DNA from: Candidatus Omnitrophota bacterium
GTDB lineage: Bacteria > Omnitrophota > Gorgyraeia > Zapsychrales > Zapsychraceae
DNA length: 64,000 nucleotides
NCBI GenBank assembly: GCA_020429915.1
Contig: JAGQKV010000019.1
Coordinates: forward strand, 85,727-149,726
Direction: 5' to 3'
Below, piece after piece: positions 55,486 to 62,819 of the stretch. How positions within the stretch are numbered: position 1 is the stretch's first letter; every line of letters begins with the position of its first letter. A program made the translations under genes and the position numbers. The notes beneath the pieces are model-generated. The model saw only the letters and a program-made list of their open reading frames with translations, had not been told where the DNA came from and did not search any database.

Positions 55486-56733
55486 ATGGAATCCGGTGGA
55501 AAATTGATCATGTTCCTCAGCCGGCATTTTGAGGAAATCACCTATGCCTTGGCCGCGCTGCTGAGCCTTTTTTTGGGCATGTATGTCATTTATCAGTTCA
55601 AGCGGCGGCCGCTGGGCGTGCAGGTGCGTTCGTACGTCGAGACCGCCATCGGATCGACGCTCATCTTCCTGTTGCTTTTCGGCAGCACCTTGATATTGGC
55701 CATTTATTGGGCCAACTACAAAAGCCCCTATATCCACTTCGATCTGTATGATTCCATCTCCCGGAATGCCAACTGGGTACGAGAGGATTTGACCATTTAC
55801 CTGGTCAACGACAATGAGCTGATCGCCTTATCATGTGACGGTAACCATCAGGAAGTAGTCTTTACCAGCGACGAGGAGCCCATCCGGCAGTTCGAGTTCT
55901 CGCCGCACGGCCGTTACATACTGGTTTCCACGTATAAAAAGTTGTTCATGATCGATACCGAGGAGAAGAAAGATTGGTTGGTCGATCAGGTCCAGTTGCC
56001 CGGTTCCGAGGAAGATCTGAAGGGATCGATCTCCGGGATCAGCTGGTCGCCCGGAGGGGACAGGTTCTCATATGAACTATCCCGTTGGTCGAATTTCGGG
56101 TCGCAGGCCAAGGTCTACATCTACGATATCAACGACCGTAGCAAGAAGTCGATTGACAGCCCCACCCGCCGGCTGGGTACGCTCTACTGGGACCTGGCCG
56201 GAGAGAATCTGTATTACCTCAAACAGGCTTCCAGTGAACTTGAGGAAAGGCAATTGGTATACAAGCTGAAGGTCTACCGTGTGGACCTGAGCGATCTTAA
56301 GGTTCATTTCGTGGATGATATCATGATGGAAGAGGAGAACTTTTCTCCGATCCATTTGTCATTGCTGGGGATAAAACTATATCAGCCGGAGCGTGGGTTG
56401 ACCTTCGACCGCTTGGGGAATCAAACCGTGCTGAAATCCCGGCAGGGTCACCTGATCGGGATCGACCGTTACAACTATTTCTTCTACCAAGGCAAGTGGT
56501 TCCGCCGACGTCTGTTCCGGGTCAAACGTGACGTAGACACGAGTAAGAAACAGACGATGGTCAACGCCTATGGCGAGCACGTGTTGCGTCAGATCCGGTG
56601 GACGCCGTCCGGCCGTTATGTGGTGATGGACCATAGTTACTGGGGCATTCTCATTATGGACCCGCGGCGCCAGAAGGTGGCCCAGATTTATCCCTATGAC
56701 GTCAATGTTTACGGCTGGTTTTCGGAAATTTAG
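55486..56733 (+). CDS. Membrane-anchored beta-propeller (TolB/WD40-like) protein, function unknown.
   Basis: 415 aa. Two N-terminal TM helices. Repeated FSPHGRY/WSPGGDRF/WTPSGRY blade motifs. Confidence 0.5.
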   Translation: MESGGKLIMFLSRHFEEITYALAALLSLFLGMYVIYQFKRRPLGVQVRSYVETAIGSTLIFLLLFGSTLILAIYWANYKSPYIHFDLYDSISRNANWVREDLTIYLVNDNELIALSCDGNHQEVVFTSDEEPIRQFEFSPHGRYILVSTYKKLFMIDTEEKKDWLVDQVQLPGSEEDLKGSISGISWSPGGDRFSYELSRWSNFGSQAKVYIYDINDRSKKSIDSPTRRLGTLYWDLAGENLYYLKQASSELEERQLVYKLKVYRVDLSDLKVHFVDDIMMEEENFSPIHLSLLGIKLYQPERGLTFDRLGNQTVLKSRQGHLIGIDRYNYFFYQGKWFRRRLFRVKRDVDTSKKQTMVNAYGEHVLRQIRWTPSGRYVVMDHSYWGILIMDPRRQKVAQIYPYDVNVYGWFSEI

Positions 56734-56797
56734 TGTCAAAGATCTTGTGTTCGTATCCGAATGCGGCTAGAATAAGCATAGTATCCCTGATTGTCAA

Positions 56798-56980
56798 ATG
56801 ACAAACGACACACCACTCGCATTTTCCAAGGAACAACTCAACGGCATCATCGACCAGATTGCCTCCGATTCCAGTGTCGGCATAGACACACGGTTGACCC
56901 ACGCGGTCAGCATTGCCTACTTGCAGCGTATCGAGGCCCGCCTCGAACGCGTTGAGCAAAGCTTGAACCTTCAGGATTAG
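56798..56980 (+). CDS. Small hypothetical ORF (60 aa).
   Basis: ATG embedded in the palindrome TTGTCAAATGACAA. Helical, amphipathic prediction. No similarity recognised. Weak. Confidence 0.2.
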   Translation: MTNDTPLAFSKEQLNGIIDQIASDSSVGIDTRLTHAVSIAYLQRIEARLERVEQSLNLQD

Positions 56981-57108
56981 CAGAGACCACTTCGAATAAA
57001 ACAACGCGCCTATTGAAGGAAGCGCATCCGGAAGCGAATTGCGTATGCCCGCCAGACGGTGCTGTGGCCGAGAGCATGGCTTCCGACGGCATCAAAAAGG
57101 AGAACAAT

Positions 57109-57702
57109 ATGAAAAACTCGTGGCTGATTTGGGTGTTTGTGGTTGGGATCGTACTGACGATTTTAATAGCGTTTAATTATCAGGGGGCGCAGGATACCGT
57201 TCCCCTCAGTGAGATCTTCCCGGAAACCGAGACGTATCCGTTGGAAATAGAATATGTTGACGAGCAGCCGGTCAGCGAACCGCCCGCGATCGCGCGTACC
57301 GCACCGGCAGCAAGTCAGCCGGTGACGCAAATCGTCCGGACGCCGACCGAGCCGCCGAGTCCACCGGTGCCGGAGCCGGTCGTCGCAAAAGTCGCTGCGG
57401 CACCGCCTAAACCTGCGCCTGCGGCCGCTCAAACTCCCGCGGCCGCCCAAACAACTGCGGCCAAGCCATACAAATACAGCATCCAGGTGGCATCGTTCAA
57501 GGACAAAGATAAGGCGCAGCAGAAGGTCGAAGAGCTGAACCAGAAGGACTACCAGGCCTTTCTCGTTTCCAAGGATCTCCGCGACAAAGGCACTTGGCAT
57601 CGTGTGTATGTGGGTAAATTTGATTCCAAATCCGAAGCCGACAGCTATCTGCCGAAGGTCAAAAAGAATTATTCATCCAGTTTTATTATCGCCACCAAAT
57701 AA
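57109..57702 (+). CDS. SPOR-domain (peptidoglycan-binding) membrane-anchored protein.
   Basis: Start at the ATG with an AAAAGGAGAAC RBS. One TM helix, Pro/Ala-rich linker. C-terminal SPOR domain YSIQVASFKDKDKAQQKVEEL...WHRVYVGKFDSKSEA. Confidence 0.7.
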   Translation: MKNSWLIWVFVVGIVLTILIAFNYQGAQDTVPLSEIFPETETYPLEIEYVDEQPVSEPPAIARTAPAASQPVTQIVRTPTEPPSPPVPEPVVAKVAAAPPKPAPAAAQTPAAAQTTAAKPYKYSIQVASFKDKDKAQQKVEELNQKDYQAFLVSKDLRDKGTWHRVYVGKFDSKSEADSYLPKVKKNYSSSFIIATK

Positions 57703-57710
57703 ACTTGAAG

Positions 57711-57765
57711 GAATGCCATTCCCCATGCGATCCCCGGAAACGGGGCCATGGGGATTTATACTTTT
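57711..57765 (+). terminator. Rho-independent terminator (nested hairpins plus T-rich tail).
   Basis: GGAATGCCATTCC, then CCCCATG...CCCCGGAAACGGGG...CATGGGG, followed by ATTTATACTTTT. Confidence 0.5.
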
Positions 57766-57814
57766 ATGACCTTCAGGCCCGGGCCGAAAGGGACGGGCGG
57801 AGCCCCATCCGCAA

Positions 57815-59563
57815 TTGGAGCCTATGAACGCCAAACTCAGAAATATCGGTTCCGGTCTGCTGATTTTCCTGCTGGGTTGTCTGGTGTATGCCAACGGTTT
57901 GAACGTGCATGGGTTCGAATTCCGTGACGATGAGGTGTTCTATAAAAAGAGTACCCAGGAAATGGTGGCGACCGGCGAGATCCTTTCGCCGAAGTACTTC
58001 GGCGAAGATCGGTTCCAGAAGCCCATACTCTACTACTGGTTCATCCTCGCCGCCTACCGGGTATTCGGAGTGAGCTGGTTTGCCGCTCGCATCACTTCGT
58101 GTCTGTTTGCCGCCGGTGCCTTGGTCCTGACCTGGTTAATTGCGAAATCCCTGTTTGACCGCCGCACGGGATACGTCAGCGTCTTCATTCTGATGACGAT
58201 GCCGCTGTTCTTTCGTCATGCCAAGAATGCCGTCCCGGACATGGCGCTCAATTTCTTTATCGTCTTGGCCCTGTATCTGTTTATCCGTTTCGTTGAAGAC
58301 GGGCACCGCTGGCGTTTTGCCGCCGGTTTCTTCCTGGCCTGCGGCGCCGGATTTATGGTCAAGGGTTTTGCCGCGTTGCTGTTTCCCTACCTGACCGTGA
58401 TCCTGTACGCGGTCTGGGAACGGGACTGGAGCATCCTGCGGGATATGCGCTTCTTCCGCGGCACTCTGCTGTTTCTGGCCGTGGTTCTGCCGTGGTTTAT
58501 TTTTATGACCGTTGTTCACGGAAGCGAATACATCGAGTACATGTGGTTCCGGGAGACCACGGACCGCTTGTTGAAGGTGGAGGAAGGCCATTTCGTGCTA
58601 CGCAAGATCGGAGACTTTCTGCGTCACTTCGGATTTTATGTCGCGGTCCTCTTCCAGCAGTATGCCCCGTGGTGTCTCGTTTCCGGCGCCGCGCTGGTGG
58701 CTGCATTTGTCGGTTGCCGGCGGGGAGGGGACCACCGGGAGCCCTACCGGTTTTTGATGTTGTGGATTGCGACCGTAATCGTCTTTTTCTCCTTCATGTA
58801 TTTTACGATCAGCCACTACATGCTGGTCTTATCCACACCGCTGGCCATAGCTACCGCCGCGTTCGTGCTGCGTCCCCTGCCCGACACACGCTGGCTGGCT
58901 GTGCTGATGACATGGTTACGCCGGCATCTGCTTTTTCTGGCTTATTTTGTGTTGCTTGCCGTCTACGTATTCGTGCTGCTGTTTTTCGGCGGTGCTCCGC
59001 TCGTCCTGGCGGGGGCGGTCGGCGCCCTGGGTGTGACGATCGGTATTCTAGGAATTCGCACTCCCGGTCCGGTTGCGCCGGTGGCCCTGCTGGCGGCCCT
59101 GCTGGCGGCGGTGATGTTCCAAACCCCGTATCTTTCACAGCTGGGCCTGACGACCCACACTGCCTGGCGAAAATTTGCCGGGGAAATTCAGCGGAGGGGC
59201 CATCAACCTTATACGGTCGGAGTGGCCAGCCATGATCTCCATGAAAAAGAGCTGCAGATCTATTTTCCGAGCCAGCGCATCGGCAAATATGCCAACGACA
59301 ATGAGGAGTACACGGTCTATATGTTGCGCCAGCTCTTCGGCAATAAGCAAAGAGTCTATTGTCTGATGACGGAAAAAGACTATAATAAGTACTTAAAAGA
59401 CACCCGGGAACCGGTGGAGATCATTCGGCGGGATTATATGCTGCGAAAGAGGCTGAATATTGACGGCGGATTCTTCATGGCCCTCTTGCGGTTGGATCGC
59501 CGGACGATCTTTCACTATTTCATGGAAAATGTGGTGTTGATCAAGAGGGAGCAACGTGTCTGA
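57815..59563 (+). CDS. ArnT/PMT-family (GT-C fold, GT39/GT83-like) polyprenyl-phosphate-sugar-dependent glycosyltransferase.
   Basis: 582 aa with about 12 TM segments. Loop-1 motif FEFRDDEVFY. KPILYYW, RHAKNAVPDMALNFF. Confidence 0.8.
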   Translation: MEPMNAKLRNIGSGLLIFLLGCLVYANGLNVHGFEFRDDEVFYKKSTQEMVATGEILSPKYFGEDRFQKPILYYWFILAAYRVFGVSWFAARITSCLFAAGALVLTWLIAKSLFDRRTGYVSVFILMTMPLFFRHAKNAVPDMALNFFIVLALYLFIRFVEDGHRWRFAAGFFLACGAGFMVKGFAALLFPYLTVILYAVWERDWSILRDMRFFRGTLLFLAVVLPWFIFMTVVHGSEYIEYMWFRETTDRLLKVEEGHFVLRKIGDFLRHFGFYVAVLFQQYAPWCLVSGAALVAAFVGCRRGGDHREPYRFLMLWIATVIVFFSFMYFTISHYMLVLSTPLAIATAAFVLRPLPDTRWLAVLMTWLRRHLLFLAYFVLLAVYVFVLLFFGGAPLVLAGAVGALGVTIGILGIRTPGPVAPVALLAALLAAVMFQTPYLSQLGLTTHTAWRKFAGEIQRRGHQPYTVGVASHDLHEKELQIYFPSQRIGKYANDNEEYTVYMLRQLFGNKQRVYCLMTEKDYNKYLKDTREPVEIIRRDYMLRKRLNIDGGFFMALLRLDRRTIFHYFMENVVLIKREQRV

Positions 59564-60281
59564 TCCGGAATCCCGGGAAAATCGCGTCAAAAAGGTCATT
59601 TGTTCGGTCATCTTCCCGGTCTATAATGAGGAAGAGTCTCTGGAGCCGTTGCTGTCCGAAGTGCTCACCGTGATGTCCGGTCTGAACAAGCCTTACGAGA
59701 TTATCTTTGTGGACGACTCCTCATCGGATGACTCCCCGAGAATTTTAAGTCGGTTCCGGGACGAGCTTCCGGAGATTATCCGCATCGTCACCTTGCCGGA
59801 GCGCAGCGGTCAGACCAAGGCGTTGCGGGTTGGCCTGGATAAGGCCCGCGGTGAAGTTGCCGTGACGCTGGACGCGGATCTGCAGAATGATCCTGCGGAT
59901 ATCCCGGCGTTGTTACAGAAGCTGGAAGAGGGATTTGACTGTGTTTGCGGTTGGCGGAGAGACCGTCAGGATACGCTTGTGAAGGCGGCGTTATCCAAGC
60001 TGGGAAATATCCTGCAACGGATATTTACCCGGCTGACCATTCATGACGTCTCTTGTACCCTGCGGGCCTACCGGCAAGAGTGTATCGCGCGCATTCCGCT
60101 CAACTGGGAGGGGCAGCATCGGTTCATACCCTTGTGCCTTTCGCTCCAGGGATTTAAGGTGGGGGAGATCGAAAGTCACCACCGCGCGCGCCGGTTCGGT
60201 GCGACCAAATACAGTCACAAAAGGATTTTTCGGGTCGTGACCGATTTTTTCAGAATACTTAAAGCGGGAGGCAAGGCGTGA
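59556..60281 (+). CDS. GT2-family polyprenyl-phosphate glycosyltransferase (ArnC/DPM1-like).
   Basis: CSVIFPVYNEEESL, IFVDDSSSD (DxD), LDADLQND. 241 aa. Overlaps the upstream GT-C gene. Confidence 0.85.
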   Translation: MSDPESRENRVKKVICSVIFPVYNEEESLEPLLSEVLTVMSGLNKPYEIIFVDDSSSDDSPRILSRFRDELPEIIRIVTLPERSGQTKALRVGLDKARGEVAVTLDADLQNDPADIPALLQKLEEGFDCVCGWRRDRQDTLVKAALSKLGNILQRIFTRLTIHDVSCTLRAYRQECIARIPLNWEGQHRFIPLCLSLQGFKVGEIESHHRARRFGATKYSHKRIFRVVTDFFRILKAGGKA

Positions 60282-60604
60282 CGGGCGAGATGTTTTTGGG
60301 AATGGAAATGAAGTACTGGTTGATTATCGGCTTTATCGGGCAACTCACCTTCGGGGCGCGGTTTATCGTGCAATGGATATGTTCGGAATTCCGCCAGGAA
60401 AGCCACATTCCGGTGGCCTTTTGGTATCTGAGCATCGTGGGCGGGTTGATTCTGCTGATGTACGCGATTTCGCGACAGGATCCGGTTTTCATCATGGGCC
60501 AGTCGATGGGTGTATTGATTTATGCCCGTAATTTACGGCTGATTTACAAGAAAAAACGGCGCCGGACCACCTTTAAACAATCGGTGGAGCTGTCCGGCAC
60601 TTGA
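60278..60604 (+). CDS. Small membrane protein of the lipid-A-biosynthesis N-terminal (LAB_N) domain family.
   Basis: 108 aa with 3 TM segments. YWLIIGFIGQLTFGARFIVQW. Commonly partnered with ArnC-like GT2 enzymes. Start may be the internal Met. Confidence 0.55.
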   Translation: MTGEMFLGMEMKYWLIIGFIGQLTFGARFIVQWICSEFRQESHIPVAFWYLSIVGGLILLMYAISRQDPVFIMGQSMGVLIYARNLRLIYKKKRRRTTFKQSVELSGT

Positions 60605-60688
60605 CAGGCACCCGGCTTAGCGGTTGAATTTTTTCCGAAAAGCCGATAGAATTGAACAGGTTTAGCGCCTAAGTAAAGAGGAGTATTC

Positions 60689-61066
60689 GTGAAGATACTT
60701 ATTGTTGATGATTCCGTTATGGACCGGCGGTTGACGATCAATCTGCTCCGTAAAAACAACGTCACCAATGATATCCTGGAGGCGGTTGACGGCGAGGAGG
60801 GATTGGAGGTCCTGAGTCAACATTATAAGGAAATTTGCCTGATCTTGCTCGACTGGCAGATGCCGAAAATGGATGGGATCGAATTCATGAAAGGGGTGGT
60901 TAAGGTCCCCGAAGTCGCTTCGATCCCGATTGTGATGATCACCGCTTCCGGTTCCGATGACAGCAAGCGGGAGGCGCGTGACGCGAATCCCAGCTTGGCC
61001 GGCTATGTGGTCAAGCCTTTCAAACCGGCTGAACTTCTGGAAACGATCCAACCTTATCTTAAGTAA
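60689..61066 (+). CDS. Single-domain response regulator (CheY-like receiver).
   Basis: 125 aa. ILIVDDS, phospho-acceptor D in ILLDWQMPKMDG, and K in VVKPF. Confidence 0.85.
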   Translation: MKILIVDDSVMDRRLTINLLRKNNVTNDILEAVDGEEGLEVLSQHYKEICLILLDWQMPKMDGIEFMKGVVKVPEVASIPIVMITASGSDDSKREARDANPSLAGYVVKPFKPAELLETIQPYLK

Positions 61067-61079
61067 ACGGTGTACCCGC

Positions 61080-61676
61080 ATGGTGCATATACCGCTTGAC
61101 GACAACGATCAACTCGACGAACGCTACATCCAGGCGTTGATGCTTTCCCGTGTCATTAAGCGCATTCTCAAGAATCGCGCCGACATCGAGCTGTCCTCCA
61201 ATCCCGTCTTTATCGAAAAACCCATCGCGGAATTCATGAATCGTCTGAAGGTCGACAGTATCGACAAGTTCAACGAAACGACCTATATTTCATCGATTAA
61301 TTTCTACAAAGACCGTGCTTCACTCGACAAACACGAAGCCCTCGGCGCTTTGATCATTTATGTCGGCGCAAGTTATCTGGTGGAGTTGGTCAAAAAACTT
61401 GACTATCCGGAGGTGGACGAGGATGATCCGGAGGCTATGCTGGATGCTATCGGAACATTCTGCAATCTGATCGCCGGCAACTTTAAGGCCGGCCTGACGC
61501 AGTTGGGATATATCGAGCTGGTCATGTCGCATTTTTCCGGATACGAAAACAAGGTGCTACTCGGGGTCGACTTCTCACCCAATGAATCCCGCATGTATGA
61601 AATCGAATTCGAAATCCGCGGCGAGAAGCGGATCGTAGCCGAGTTCTCCATGGCGTCCATACCTCTGGAAACCTGA
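61080..61676 (+). CDS. Hypothetical protein, possibly CheX/CheC-like phosphatase fold.
   Basis: 199 aa. MLDAIGTFCNLIAGNFKAG resembles the CheC/CheX D/E..G..NI..G motif. Adjacent to the orphan receiver. Low confidence. Confidence 0.35.
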   Translation: MVHIPLDDNDQLDERYIQALMLSRVIKRILKNRADIELSSNPVFIEKPIAEFMNRLKVDSIDKFNETTYISSINFYKDRASLDKHEALGALIIYVGASYLVELVKKLDYPEVDEDDPEAMLDAIGTFCNLIAGNFKAGLTQLGYIELVMSHFSGYENKVLLGVDFSPNESRMYEIEFEIRGEKRIVAEFSMASIPLET

Positions 61677-61750
61677 TTGTCACCGGCCCGGCAGCCGAAC
61701 CCGCGGGCATACCTGTTAGCCGAACGTTTCAATACCGAAAGGGATTACTT

Positions 61751-62383
61751 ATGAGCGGAAAAAGCAAACAATGGATCACCGTTGCCGTTGTCGTGGCCGT
61801 CGTGGCTGTGGTGGCGGGCGTTCGTTTATACCTGAACAATCAGGCCGTCAACGCCGTCACCGGACGGACAAAGGGAAATCCTCAAGCCAAGGTAAAGATC
61901 GTCGAGTTCATTGATTTTCAATGTCCTGCCTGCGCGCAGGGTGCGAAAATGCTGAATGCCCGCTTTAAGCAGTATCCGGATCAGCTTCATTTGGAAATGA
62001 AGTACTTCCCGCTCAAGATGCACGCGCATGCCTTTCTCAGTTCACGTTTTGCCGAGTGTGCCGCCCGTCAGCAGAAATTCTGGGAATACCATGATCAGTT
62101 GATATATAAACAAAAGGATTGGAGCCAAGTCGTGAATGCGTATCCTATGTTTCAACAGATGGCCCAGGAGGTCGGTGTGGACATGGACCAATTACACGGG
62201 TGCCTGAACGACACGCGCGTGGACAAGGTAATCAGTGAGCATCAGACCGAAGGGCGCAAACGCGGGGTTCGCAGTACGCCGACATACTACGTCAACGGAG
62301 ATATGGTCGTGGGAACGCGGGATTTGGACAAGCGCATCAAGGAGTTGCTGGAAGAACCGGATGAACAGGGAGGCCAAAATTAA
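61751..62383 (+). CDS. DsbA-family thiol:disulfide oxidoreductase, membrane-anchored.
   Basis: 210 aa. N-terminal TM helix. CxxC active site FIDFQCPACAQG. Confidence 0.75.
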   Translation: MSGKSKQWITVAVVVAVVAVVAGVRLYLNNQAVNAVTGRTKGNPQAKVKIVEFIDFQCPACAQGAKMLNARFKQYPDQLHLEMKYFPLKMHAHAFLSSRFAECAARQQKFWEYHDQLIYKQKDWSQVVNAYPMFQQMAQEVGVDMDQLHGCLNDTRVDKVISEHQTEGRKRGVRSTPTYYVNGDMVVGTRDLDKRIKELLEEPDEQGGQN

Positions 62384-62819
62384 TCCGTTTGTCATCATTC
62401 GATTAGTGATCGGGACGATATTTGTCGTCTCCGGGTTCGAGAAGGCGATCACACCGTACCAGAACTTTCAGTACGTCATCCAGGCCTACCGGCTTTTTCC
62501 GGAGTTTGCCGAACCGCTCATCGCCCAGATATTTCCCTGGATCGAACTGCTCACCGGTATATTTTTGATATTGGGTTTATGGTTGCGCTGGGCCCTGACC
62601 GTCTCGGGTTTGATGCTGGCCGGCTTTCTGACGATTGTGGGCCAGGCCTTGATACGCGGGTTACCGATCGGCGAGTGCGGTTGTTTCGGGTCGTTGATCA
62701 GTCTGCCGCTCTACGGTGTTTTTACGATGGATACGATCCTGATGACCGGCACGGTTCTGGCCTATAAGAACTTGGCCAAGACCTCCCGATGGGCGATCGA
62801 CGGCCGGTCAAATGAGTAG
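62361..62819 (+). CDS. MauE/DoxX-like membrane protein (probable partner of the adjacent DsbA-like protein).
   Basis: 152 aa with 4 TM segments. Conserved GECGCFG motif. Confidence 0.6.
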   Translation: MNREAKINPFVIIRLVIGTIFVVSGFEKAITPYQNFQYVIQAYRLFPEFAEPLIAQIFPWIELLTGIFLILGLWLRWALTVSGLMLAGFLTIVGQALIRGLPIGECGCFGSLISLPLYGVFTMDTILMTGTVLAYKNLAKTSRWAIDGRSNE

